Below, in pieces: positions 53,228 through 62,677 of a stretch of 64,000 nt of DNA (positions within the stretch are counted from its first letter, which is position 1; every line of letters starts with the position of its first letter). The stretch covers positions 160,001 through 224,000 of the forward strand of contig CAWCKY010000002.1 of assembly GCA_963796275.1 (NCBI GenBank). Reading direction: 5' to 3'. Source of the stretch: an uncultured Acidobacteriota bacterium (GTDB taxonomy: Bacteria; Acidobacteriota; Blastocatellia; RBC074). The translations under genes and the position numbers were made by a program. The notes beneath the pieces were generated by a model. That model did no database searches, was not told the origin of the DNA, and was given only the letters and a program-made list of their open reading frames with translations.

Positions 53228-53722
53228 TGGCCGAGTTCGACAATCCGACCTCTCTGGTAGCCGCGACCAGCCGCGCATACAGCGAAGGCTATCGGCAGAT
53301 GGACGCCTACAGTCCGTTTCCGATTGAAGAGCTTTCTGAAGCGCTGGGATTTCGTTGGTCAGGCGTCCCGCTGATCGTGCTCATTGGCGGTCTGGTCGGA
53401 TGCCTGGGTGGATATTTACTGCAGTATTACATCGCGGCGATCTACTGGCCGGTCAATGTCGGTGGGCGCCCGTTCAATAGCTGGCCTATGTTCATCCCGG
53501 TGACATTCGAGCTGACGGTATTGTGCGCGGCGCTCTTCGGATTCTTCGGGATGCTGGCGCTCAACGGTCTGCCGAAGCCGCACCATCCGGTCTTCAACGC
53601 GCCGCGCTTCGAGTTCGCGTCGCGCGACCGATTCTTTCTTTGCATTGAAGCCACCGATCCGAAGTTTGATCAGGCGGCGACACGAGGCTTTCTGGAGAGC
53701 CTGGGTGCGCGTGAGGTGAGTG

Positions 53723-54499
53723 ATGTCGCGAGCTGAAAAATCAAATATCGAAAACCGAAAGTCGAGGGTCAAAAGTGCAGGATTCTATTGCGAGCATTTT
53801 ATTTCACCCCGAACCGGCGTCATCGAAGCGACAAAAAATATCGGAAGCAGCAGGCGATCATTTTTGCTATTCGCCTTTTGCCTTTTGCCTTTCGCCTTTC
53901 TACTCGCTGGCTGCCGTCAGGATATGCACGATCAGCCAAAGTATACGCCGCTCAGACCCAGCACGTTTTTTGAGGATGGCAAGTCAGCACGTCCCCTAGT
54001 CGATGGTACAGTGCCGCGCCGCAACTTGAGAGAAGACCCATCCCAATCCGACGGCGATTCGAATGGAGGACGGTCACTTCGGATCGATTTAGCTTCTGGG
54101 CCTCAACAAACACAGCAACCGGATATTTCAAAAGCTATTACTCCCCCGATTCAGGTCACGCAGGATGTGCTGGATCGCGGGGAGGAACGATTCAACATTT
54201 CTTGCACCCCGTGTCACGGGCGAGTGGGCGACGGCAACGGGATGATTACGCAGCGCGGTTTCCGCCGCCCGCCGTCGTATCACATTGACCGATTGCGTGG
54301 CGCTCCCATTGGTCATTTCTTCGACGTGATGACGAACGGCTTCGGCGCAATGCCGAGCTACGCCGATCAGGTTGCACCGCAAGACCGCTGGGCCATCGCG
54401 GCTTACATTCGCGTCCTGCAACTGAGCCGCAATGCAACGCTCGCCGACGTGCCCCCTGGAGAGCGCAGCCGATTGAATGCAAGAGGGCAGGCGCGATGA
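53723..54499 (+). CDS. actE: Alternative complex III monoheme cytochrome c lipoprotein
   Basis: Lipobox LLAGC, RQDMHDQPK, CTPCH, MPSYA.Q and DRWAI..YIR.LQ motifs. Confidence 0.9.
   Translation: MSRAEKSNIENRKSRVKSAGFYCEHFISPRTGVIEATKNIGSSRRSFLLFAFCLLPFAFLLAGCRQDMHDQPKYTPLRPSTFFEDGKSARPLVDGTVPRRNLREDPSQSDGDSNGGRSLRIDLASGPQQTQQPDISKAITPPIQVTQDVLDRGEERFNISCTPCHGRVGDGNGMITQRGFRRPPSYHIDRLRGAPIGHFFDVMTNGFGAMPSYADQVAPQDRWAIAAYIRVLQLSRNATLADVPPGERSRLNARGQAR
53737..53903. repeat. Heptamer tandem repeats inside the actE N-terminus
   Basis: aaaatca-aatatcg-aaaaccg-aaagtcg (53737-64) and ttttgct-attcgcc-ttttgcc-ttttgcc-tttcgcc (53862-96). Confidence 0.7.
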
Positions 54500-55677
54500 C
54501 CGAGATTACCACTTACGCGGCGCCGGCGGAGCTTGGCCGTTTTCAACGAAACGCGCTGATCGTCGGCATCATCGGCATCATGCTGTGCGTAGCTGGATGG
54601 CTCATAAACCCGGAACAGTTCTTTCAGTCTTACCTGATCGGCTATCTGTTCTGGATGGGCATTGCGCTTGGCTGTCTGGCCATCATGATGCTGCAGCACC
54701 TGACTGGCGGCGAGTGGGGGTTGGTGATTCAACGCCTGCTTGAATCGGCGACGCGCACACTGCCACTGATGGCAGTGTTGTTCGTGCCGCTTGCGCTCGG
54801 CATGAGCTATCTCTATGCGTGGTCGCGTTCGACCTCCGCTGAAGAGGCCGGAAATCATCAGGATACCTGGCTCAGCGTTCCGTTCTTTCTGATGCGTGCA
54901 GGCTTGTACTTTGCGATCTGGCTTGTCATGGCCTACTTCCTCAATCGCTGGTCGCACGAGCAGGATCGCGATGGGGACCCGCAATTGAAACGGCGCTTGC
55001 AGGTGTTGAGTGGTCCTGGGCTTGTGATTTATGGATTGACGGCGACGTTTGCCGCGACCGACTGGCTGATGTCGCTCGTGCCCGAATGGTATTCAACGAT
55101 CTTTGGGCTGCTCGTCATCGGCGGCCAAGTGCTTTCGGCGATGGCGTTCGCGGTGGCCGTTGCTGTTGTATTGGCTGAGCGCGAGCCGATGAATCATGTT
55201 TTTGCGACGAAGCATTTTCACGACCTCGGCAAGCTGCTGCTGGCTTTTGTCATGATCTGGGCATATCTCGCCTTTTCGCAACTATTGATCATCTGGGCGG
55301 GCAACCTCCCGGAAGAGATTCCGTTTTATCTGCCGCGCATGCAGACGAGCTGGCGCTGGATCGGAGCGCTGCTGGTCGTTTTTCAGTTTGCGCTGCCGTT
55401 TCTACTGTTGCTTTCGCGCGAACTGAAACGTCACGCGCGGCGATTGATCGCAGTCGCGGCACTCGTCATCGTGATGCGTTTCATTGATCTCCTCTGGCTC
55501 GTGGCACCGGAGTTTCGTCGTCAGGGATTCAAGTTTCACTGGCTCGACATTGTCGCGGTGATCGCGCTCGGAGGGGTATGGCTGGCGTTTTATTTGTGGC
55601 AACTGCGGAGATGGCCGCTCATGCCCCTGCACGATCCGCGATTGGAGGCAGCTTTGGCGCATGATGCGCGGCATTAA
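54496..55677 (+). CDS. actF: Alternative complex III ActF membrane subunit
   Basis: DWLMSL.PEWYSTIFG, HDLGKLL.AF and FSQLLIIWAGNLPEE motifs; about 10 TM helices. Confidence 0.88.
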   Translation: MTEITTYAAPAELGRFQRNALIVGIIGIMLCVAGWLINPEQFFQSYLIGYLFWMGIALGCLAIMMLQHLTGGEWGLVIQRLLESATRTLPLMAVLFVPLALGMSYLYAWSRSTSAEEAGNHQDTWLSVPFFLMRAGLYFAIWLVMAYFLNRWSHEQDRDGDPQLKRRLQVLSGPGLVIYGLTATFAATDWLMSLVPEWYSTIFGLLVIGGQVLSAMAFAVAVAVVLAEREPMNHVFATKHFHDLGKLLLAFVMIWAYLAFSQLLIIWAGNLPEEIPFYLPRMQTSWRWIGALLVVFQFALPFLLLLSRELKRHARRLIAVAALVIVMRFIDLLWLVAPEFRRQGFKFHWLDIVAVIALGGVWLAFYLWQLRRWPLMPLHDPRLEAALAHDARH

Positions 55678-55696
55678 GATTTCAGGGGAGGTTGCA

Positions 55697-56143
55697 ATGA
55701 CGGATCAAGTCGAACAATCGGATGTCGCGCACGAAGCGAGTGATGTGAGCGTTCCGACCATCGTCAAATTCGGCCTTGCGCTGATCGTCGCAATTGGATT
55801 GGTGTGTCTACTGGTCTGGGGATTGTTCGCAGTCTTCTATGCGCGCGCCGTGAAGACCGAACCGACGCCGCCACCGCTCTATCGTGGTGAGCGGCTGCCG
55901 CCTGAGCCGCGACTGCAGGGCATGCCGGGACATCAGAGCATTCCGTCAGAAGACATCAAAGAGTTTCGCAAGAGAGAAAACATCGAACTCAATTCATATG
56001 GCTGGGTCATCAAGCCGTCCGGGCAACAAGCTGGGATTATTCACATCCCGATCGAGCGGGCAAAGAAGTTGATCCTCGAGAGAGGGCTGCCTGCCCCAAC
56101 CGCTAGCTCTGGGCAAAACAGGCCGCCGGAGAAGAAGCAATAA
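55697..56143 (+). CDS. Single-TM ACIII-associated protein (ActG-like)
   Basis: HE.SD, PPEPRLQ, LNSYGW and HIPIERA motifs; located after actF. Confidence 0.7.
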   Translation: MTDQVEQSDVAHEASDVSVPTIVKFGLALIVAIGLVCLLVWGLFAVFYARAVKTEPTPPPLYRGERLPPEPRLQGMPGHQSIPSEDIKEFRKRENIELNSYGWVIKPSGQQAGIIHIPIERAKKLILERGLPAPTASSGQNRPPEKKQ

Positions 56144-56235
56144 CGAGGTGGATCGTGAAGATAGAAAACAGAGCGGAAGGCTATCAACAATATGCGTCAT
56201 GCAGAAAGCGAATTGTCATAAAGGAGGAGCGTAAG

Positions 56236-58143
56236 ATGCGTCGACTCGCTTTCCGCCTAATGCCTGGTGCTCGATGGACGCTGTTCTCCGCCTTCTGCCT
56301 CCTGCTTTTCGCCGCGCCGGCCTTCGCCCAGGCGGGCAAGCCTTTGCGGCCTTCGGATATTCGCTTCGAGCAGCGGCTAGATGAACGGGTTTCGCTCGAT
56401 CTCAACTTTCGTGATGATGAGGGGCAGACGGTCAGATTAGGCGATTACTTCAGGAGCAAGCCGGTCATCCTCGCGCTCGTCTATTACGAATGCCCGATGC
56501 TCTGCAGTCAAGTGCTGACCGGGCTGACCCACAGCCTCAAGACCATCTCATTCGACGCCGGCAAAGAGTTCGAGGTAGTCATCGTCAGCTTCAACCCCCG
56601 CGAGACACCTGAGCTGGCGAGCGCAAAGAAAGAAACGTACCTGCGGGATTACTCGCGTCCCGGAACGGCTGCGGGCTGGCACTTCCTGACCGGCGATCCG
56701 AAAGCGATTGAGGAGATCACTCAGGCTGTGGGCTTTAGTTATGTCTACGACTCGGCGCTCAACCAGTATGCTCACGCTTCTGGCATCATGGTTTTGACGC
56801 CGGAGGGGAGACTCTCGCGCTATTTCTACGGCATCGAGTATGCGCCGCGCGATCTGCGGTTGGGTCTGGTCGAAGCCTCGGCAAACAGGATCGGCACATC
56901 GGTAGATCAGATTTTACTGCTCTGCTACCAATACGATCCGACGACAGGAAAATATGGTGCGGCGGTAATAAATGCACTGCGGTTCGGTGGAATCATAACA
57001 TTGTTGTTTGTGGTGATACTTCTTTTTGTACTGGAGCGAAAGTCAAAAGGGCAAAATCGATCTGACACAACAGTCAAGCCGATCAACCTTTGCCTTTTGC
57101 CGTTTTATTTCTTCCTCCTGCCGTTTGCTCCTGAAGAAGCCTCCACTGTCGCCGGCAAAGTGGATGAGCTATACATTTTTCTGGTGGTGATCGCGATCTT
57201 CTTCAGCGTGCTGATCGCCGGGCTGGAGATTTTCTTTGCCATCAAATATCGCCGCCGCTCGCCGGATGAATTCCCACCCGCCTCGGTCCCTTCGCTCAAG
57301 CTCGAAATAACCTGGACCGTTATTCCGTTCATAATCGCCATGGTCATATACGTGTGGGGCGCCAAGCTCTACTTTGACATCTATCGTAATCCGAGCGACG
57401 CGATCGATGTTTACGTCATGGCTAAACAATGGATGTGGCGGTTCCAGCACCCTGACGGGAAGCGCGAAATCAATGAGCTGCACGTGCCACTGGGCCGGCG
57501 GGTCAAGCTAACTATGTCGAGCGAAGATGTGATCCACAGCTTCTACGTGCCCGCTTTTCGTGTCAAGGCAGATGTCGTCCCGGGCAAGAACCGCTATACA
57601 ACGGCATGGTTCGAGGCGACCAAGCCCGGCAGGTACCACCTTTTCTGCGCTGAATACTGCGGCACTAGCCATTCTGGGATGATCGGCTGGGTTGATGTGA
57701 TGGAACCCGCCGAGTATCAGGCCTGGCTTGGCGGCGGCACGGAGACAGGCTCATTAGCCGCGAATGGAGAACGGTTGTTTCAGCAAATGGCCTGTGTGAC
57801 CTGCCATCGGAGCGACGGAACGGGGCGCGGGCCGAAGCTTGAAGGGTTGTTCGGCGGCAAGGTAATGCTCGACAACGATCAGACGGTCGCATTCGATGAA
57901 AGCTATCTGCGCGAATCAATCCTCAACCCGCAGGCGAAGATCGCCGCCGGATACAAACGTCCCTCGGAGATGCCGACGTTTGACACGCTGGTGAGCGAAG
58001 AACAGTTGTTGCAACTCATCGCATACATCAAATCCATCGGCCCGCAAAGTAAGACAGCCGAAGACGCAAAACCGACGCCGGTTCATAATAAAGCGGCCGC
58101 CCAGACTCCTGCGCAGCCAAAGCAGGAAGGTCTCAAGCAATAG
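56236..58143 (+). CDS. coxB: Fusion of SCO1/SenC copper chaperone, cytochrome c oxidase subunit II and cytochrome c (caa3-type)
   Basis: AAGGAGG RBS. One frame carries SCO CPMLC plus YAH, CuA ligands DVIHS and CAEYCGTSHSGM, and heme c CVTCH. Confidence 0.88.
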   Translation: MRRLAFRLMPGARWTLFSAFCLLLFAAPAFAQAGKPLRPSDIRFEQRLDERVSLDLNFRDDEGQTVRLGDYFRSKPVILALVYYECPMLCSQVLTGLTHSLKTISFDAGKEFEVVIVSFNPRETPELASAKKETYLRDYSRPGTAAGWHFLTGDPKAIEEITQAVGFSYVYDSALNQYAHASGIMVLTPEGRLSRYFYGIEYAPRDLRLGLVEASANRIGTSVDQILLLCYQYDPTTGKYGAAVINALRFGGIITLLFVVILLFVLERKSKGQNRSDTTVKPINLCLLPFYFFLLPFAPEEASTVAGKVDELYIFLVVIAIFFSVLIAGLEIFFAIKYRRRSPDEFPPASVPSLKLEITWTVIPFIIAMVIYVWGAKLYFDIYRNPSDAIDVYVMAKQWMWRFQHPDGKREINELHVPLGRRVKLTMSSEDVIHSFYVPAFRVKADVVPGKNRYTTAWFEATKPGRYHLFCAEYCGTSHSGMIGWVDVMEPAEYQAWLGGGTETGSLAANGERLFQQMACVTCHRSDGTGRGPKLEGLFGGKVMLDNDQTVAFDESYLRESILNPQAKIAAGYKRPSEMPTFDTLVSEEQLLQLIAYIKSIGPQSKTAEDAKPTPVHNKAAAQTPAQPKQEGLKQ

Positions 58144-58155
58144 ATGGAGGGAGAA

Positions 58156-59817
58156 ATGCCAGCAGAAACAATCATCGAGCAGCCGGGCGTTCATTACCTC
58201 AACGCAGATTACGGCTGGAAATCATGGCTGTTCACGACCGATCACAAGCGAATAGGCATTCTTTACCTGATCTCGATCACTCTCTTCTTCTTTCTCGGCG
58301 GACTGTTCGCGGCGCTGATTCGCTTCGAGCTGGCGACGCCGAAAGGTGACATGGTTTCATCGGAGACATACAACAAGCTCTTCTCGATGCACGGTATCAT
58401 CATGGTCTTCTTCTTCCTGATTCCATCAATTCCCGCCGTGCTCGGAAATTTCCTGGTGCCGCTCATGATCGGCGCGCGCGATGTCGCCTTTCCAAGGCTC
58501 AATCTACTGAGCTGGTATCTCTTGAACTTGGGCGGACTGTTTATGCTATATGCAGTCCTGCACGGCGGCGTCGATACCGGCTGGACTTTTTATCCGCCGT
58601 ACAGCTCCAACTTCGCCAACACCAATGTCGCAGCAACTGTCCTAGCGGTCTTCATCGCTGGGTTCTCATCTATCCTGACGGGATTAAATTTCGTCGTGAC
58701 TATTCATTCAATGCGCGCACCGGGAATGACGTGGTTTCGCTTACCGCTCTTCATCTGGTCGATGTATGCGACGAGCATTATTCAAGTGCTGGGCACGCCG
58801 GTGCTGGCGATCACGCTCGCACTCGTGGCCGCTGAAAGGCTGCTGCATCTCGGCGTCTTCGATCCGGACTATGGCGGTGATCCAGTGCTGTTTCAGCACC
58901 TCTTCTGGTTCTACTCGCATCCGGCGGTTTACATCATGGTATTGCCTTCCATGGGTGTGGTCAGCGAGTTGGTCGCCACGTTCACGAGGAAGAATATTTA
59001 CGGCTACAAGTTCGTCGCGTTTTCCAGCATTGCCATCGCGGTCTTCGGTTTTCTCGTCTGGGGACATCACCTTTTCGTCAGCGGCCAGTCAGTCTATGCT
59101 GGCATGGTCTTTTCGTTCCTGAGCTATGCCGTGGCGATTCCGTCTGCCATCAAAGTCTTCAACTGGACGGCCACAATGCACAAAGCCTCGGTCTCTTATC
59201 AAACGCCGATGCTCTATGCCTTCGGCTTCATCGGGTTGTTCACGATTGGTGGATTGACCGGGCTCTTTGTGGCGGCGCTGGGTATAGACATCCACGTGAC
59301 CGACACCTACTTCGTCATCGCGCACTTTCACTACATTATGGTTGGCGGCGCAGTGATGGGGTATCTGGGGGGGTTGCATTACTGGTGGCCGAAAATTTCG
59401 GGGCGCATGTATCCCGAAGGCTGGGCGAAACTCGCCGCGTTGATCGTCTTCATCGGATTCAACCTGACGTTCTTCCCGCAGTTTCTGCTGGGCTATATGG
59501 GAATGCCGCGGCGCTATCACGTTTACCCGCCGGAGTTCCAGGTCTTGAACGTGATGTCTTCGGCGGGCGCGACGATTCTGGGCGTCGGTTACGTGCTGCC
59601 GATGGTCTATCTGATCTGGTCAATGAGGTACGGGCCGATGGCTTCGGCCAATCCGTGGCCCTCAACCGGCCTGGAATGGCAGACTTCATCACCGCCGCTG
59701 ACCGAAAATTTCGATGTTACGCCGGTCGTAACCGGGGGTCCATACGACTTCCCTTCACTGGCGCACGGCGAGTATGGAAGCAGACAGCAGTTTGAGCCCG
59801 GCAAGCTGCCCGCCTGA
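58156..59817 (+). CDS. ctaD: Cytochrome c oxidase subunit I, type A2
   Basis: [20 protein letters not shown] (YS motif marks A2), WGHH, AHFHY and GMPRRY. Confidence 0.95.
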   Translation: MPAETIIEQPGVHYLNADYGWKSWLFTTDHKRIGILYLISITLFFFLGGLFAALIRFELATPKGDMVSSETYNKLFSMHGIIMVFFFLIPSIPAVLGNFLVPLMIGARDVAFPRLNLLSWYLLNLGGLFMLYAVLHGGVDTGWTFYPPYSSNFANTNVAATVLAVFIAGFSSILTGLNFVVTIHSMRAPGMTWFRLPLFIWSMYATSIIQVLGTPVLAITLALVAAERLLHLGVFDPDYGGDPVLFQHLFWFYSHPAVYIMVLPSMGVVSELVATFTRKNIYGYKFVAFSSIAIAVFGFLVWGHHLFVSGQSVYAGMVFSFLSYAVAIPSAIKVFNWTATMHKASVSYQTPMLYAFGFIGLFTIGGLTGLFVAALGIDIHVTDTYFVIAHFHYIMVGGAVMGYLGGLHYWWPKISGRMYPEGWAKLAALIVFIGFNLTFFPQFLLGYMGMPRRYHVYPPEFQVLNVMSSAGATILGVGYVLPMVYLIWSMRYGPMASANPWPSTGLEWQTSSPPLTENFDVTPVVTGGPYDFPSLAHGEYGSRQQFEPGKLPA

Positions 59818-59828
59818 GGAGAGCAATA

Positions 59829-60491
59829 TTGTCTGTGGATCATGCGACAAGCTCTTCGGCGCTCGCGCATCAGTTCGATAACCTCGAACAACAACGCGAG
59901 GCGTCCACGCTGGGAATGTGGGTCTTCCTGGTAACCGAGGTGTTGTTCTTCGGGGGGCTCTTCACATCCTATATCGTCTACCGCTCCTTGAACCCTTTTG
60001 CCTTCGCCGAGGTCAGCCGGCATCTGGACATAGCGCTCGGCACGATCAATACGGCGGTACTGATCTGCAGCAGCCTCACTATGGCGCTGGCTGTTTACGG
60101 CGCGCAGAAGGGAAAGCAGCTGATGATCGTCGGATACCTGATACTGACCATTCTGCTTGGTCTGGTTTTCATCGGTATTAAGTTCTATGAGTATTACCAG
60201 AAGTTCGTCGAGCATTTCGTGCCAGGCAGTTCATTCAGCTTCCCTCCCCCTTACATGCAGGAAGCGGAGATGTTCTTTTCGCTCTACTTCGCGATGACCG
60301 GATTGCACGCTTTACACATGATCATCGGAGTCGGACTGCTGACGTGGCTCATTCTGCTCGCGCGTCACGGACGATTCACACCAGAATATCACTCACCCGT
60401 TGAGTTGACTGGACTCTACTGGCACTTCGTAGACATCATCTGGATATTTCTTTATCCGCTGCTCTACCTGATCGGCCGCCATCTGGAATGA
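59829..60491 (+). CDS. ctaE: Cytochrome c oxidase subunit III
   Basis: GMWVFLVTE, MTGLHALH and GLYWHFVDIIW motifs. Confidence 0.92.
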   Translation: MSVDHATSSSALAHQFDNLEQQREASTLGMWVFLVTEVLFFGGLFTSYIVYRSLNPFAFAEVSRHLDIALGTINTAVLICSSLTMALAVYGAQKGKQLMIVGYLILTILLGLVFIGIKFYEYYQKFVEHFVPGSSFSFPPPYMQEAEMFFSLYFAMTGLHALHMIIGVGLLTWLILLARHGRFTPEYHSPVELTGLYWHFVDIIWIFLYPLLYLIGRHLE

Positions 60492-60515
60492 TCTACGAAA
60501 CGAAAGGATTGAGTT

Positions 60516-60809
60516 ATGCCTGAACACATCGTCCATATCAAAGTCTACGTTATCATCTTTATTGCACTGCTGATATTGACTGCTACGACCTGCGCGATTT
60601 CGTTCATCAATCTGGGACGATTGAATGCAATCGTGGCGTTGGTGATCGCGTTCGGTAAAGCCTTGCTGGTGGCGCTTTTTTTCATGCATCTGCGTTACAG
60701 TCGCCGCCTCATGCAAGTCGTTGTCGCTGGCGGGCTGTTCTGGCTGGGTATTATGATCGCACTGACGATGAGCGATTTTCTGACCAGAGGCTGGCTGACG
60801 TATAGATGA
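60516..60809 (+). CDS. ctaF: Cytochrome c oxidase subunit IV (caa3-type)
   Basis: IA..KA.LV.LFFMHL motif; 3 TM helices. Confidence 0.88.
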   Translation: MPEHIVHIKVYVIIFIALLILTATTCAISFINLGRLNAIVALVIAFGKALLVALFFMHLRYSRRLMQVVVAGGLFWLGIMIALTMSDFLTRGWLTYR

Positions 60810-60946
60810 ACATCATCAAACAAGACGTCCGACGTGGTGTCGAAAAACGGCCAATCAGCAGGAGAAGCCCAAAAGAACACTTTGGAACTTTTGTAAAAAC
60901 GCTCTGTGCAGAACAACCATCGCCGGAGCAGAGAAGGCGAACCAAG

Positions 60947-61291
60947 ATGATCAAGCTGAAACGCGCCTATGAAAAACCCACCAAAGATGACGGGGAGCGC
61001 ATCCTCGTCGAGCGGCTTTGGCCGCGCGGTCTGACCAAGCTAGAGGCCAAGATAGATATGTGGCTGAAGGAGATCGCGCCGAGCACAGAACTGAGACGGT
61101 GGTTCGGGCATGATCCAGATAAGTGGGATGATTTCCGCCAACGTTATCAAAAGGAGCTGAAGCACAAAGACGATCTGATCAAGCTGCTCAAGCGAAAAGC
61201 CAAAGCAGGAACGATCACCCTGATTTATTCGGCGCGAGATGAGGAGCACAATGGCGCTCTAGTTTTGAAGCGGTTTCTTCAAAATCACTAA
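60947..61291 (+). CDS. DUF488 (YeaO-like) protein
   Basis: KRAYE...[14 protein letters not shown] and [13 protein letters not shown] motifs. Confidence 0.88.
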   Translation: MIKLKRAYEKPTKDDGERILVERLWPRGLTKLEAKIDMWLKEIAPSTELRRWFGHDPDKWDDFRQRYQKELKHKDDLIKLLKRKAKAGTITLIYSARDEEHNGALVLKRFLQNH

Positions 61292-61559
61292 AGCAGGTTA
61301 GTTAGAGGAATTTGGGAGGCTTGGGAGGTATAAAAGTTTGGTGTTCATTTCTAATGATAAGAATTGCATTGACCGCTGAGCGTTGCAGCCCGGATTAGCG
61401 AAATCGTTTCAGTTCATGGCCAACGTCCGTGGCCAGCGCGTTTTTGCTCGAACTCTCAGGATACGCCGGCAGCTATCAGTTACATTGTTTCATTAAGCTG
61501 ATCCATTGGCGCCTGTCGGCGTATCCTGATCTCGCCTCACTATGTTCATGCGCAGGCGT

Positions 61560-62390
61560 TTAATTCTTGCCCGTCTTGATGAACTGCTCCGGGGCATGCT
61601 CAAAATCGCTTTTGCACTCCTGCCTGCAAAAGTAATATGTTTTCTCCTTATAGTTTGTCTTAAAGGCCGTCTTCTTGCTGACCTGCATATTGCAAACCAG
61701 ATCTTCAACTTCTTCTTCGGGGGGATTCGTGGCTGCCGGCGCGGCGCCCGCTGGCTCACCTGACGACGAATGCGCTTCCGCAGCTTCGCGGCTTTTCTGC
61801 GCTTTGAGGTATCCAGGGTTTAGCGTGCCTTTTTCCTTCGCAACGGCGAAAACGGTCGGGTAAAACTGCGCAAAGGTGTTTTCGACGGCGGCGTTCGCAC
61901 TGTGACAGGTGAAGCATGACTCGGTCTTCGGGATGGCTCTGGCAGACTCGGCGTTTCTTCCGAGCCCGAAATATGCCCATTTTTCGGGAAAACGGCCTTC
62001 GTCTTTGACCGCCGCCTCCAATGTCACCAGCTCACCTTGGTAACGTCCCCCCTGGGCGAAAGTGCCTTTTTCCATTGAACTGCGAATCTCCAGGACTAAG
62101 ATCGTTTTGTCGGGCCACTTTCCGGATTTCATAAACTCGCTGTAGGCCGACGGATTTACATAAACGTTCTCAAATGTCGGATTGGCCGGATTGGCGTCCG
62201 GCCCGTATTGAAGGCCGAGACTGCTGCTCAAATAGATCCAGTTGCGATAGTTCGCCGGGCGCATCAATCGGTCATCACTCGTATATTGTGGCTCGTCCGT
62301 AGGCGTCTGCTTCGCGGTCTGCGAAGCGCCCCCCAGGCTCTGGATCAGCATCAATGCGGCCGCCGCGAACACAATCATCTTGGTTTTCAT
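61560..62390 (-). CDS. Cytochrome P460/c'-beta family protein fused to a C-terminal YHS domain
   Basis: Signal peptide, RP.NYR.W, NVYVNP, WPDKT, AVKD..RF...WAYF and CFTCH..NA...FAQFYP, then DLVCNM...YYFCRQEC. Confidence 0.8.
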   Translation of the reverse strand: MKTKMIVFAAAALMLIQSLGGASQTAKQTPTDEPQYTSDDRLMRPANYRNWIYLSSSLGLQYGPDANPANPTFENVYVNPSAYSEFMKSGKWPDKTILVLEIRSSMEKGTFAQGGRYQGELVTLEAAVKDEGRFPEKWAYFGLGRNAESARAIPKTESCFTCHSANAAVENTFAQFYPTVFAVAKEKGTLNPGYLKAQKSREAAEAHSSSGEPAGAAPAATNPPEEEVEDLVCNMQVSKKTAFKTNYKEKTYYFCRQECKSDFEHAPEQFIKTGKN

Positions 62391-62677
62391 CGCGATCTCC
62401 TTTGATTGGAAGGCGCACGTATAGCGCATGCGGCCCTCTCCTCAGTTCAAGTGGAGCGTCAGGCCCGGCTATTAGAGCTATAGGTGCTTTGTTTTTTATT
62501 ATGCGACTGCGAGGGCTTGCGCCATCGGTCGCGGTTCCGCCTCTGCAATTACGGGACTACCCCGGGGCCGCATTCAGGCAGCGCTTCGACGGGTCCCAGG
62601 CTTGTAAATCGAATTTCATCACCCATCGGCAAAGCTTATTGGAAGCCATATTTCCTGATGAGCCGTCTGCGTCAAAT

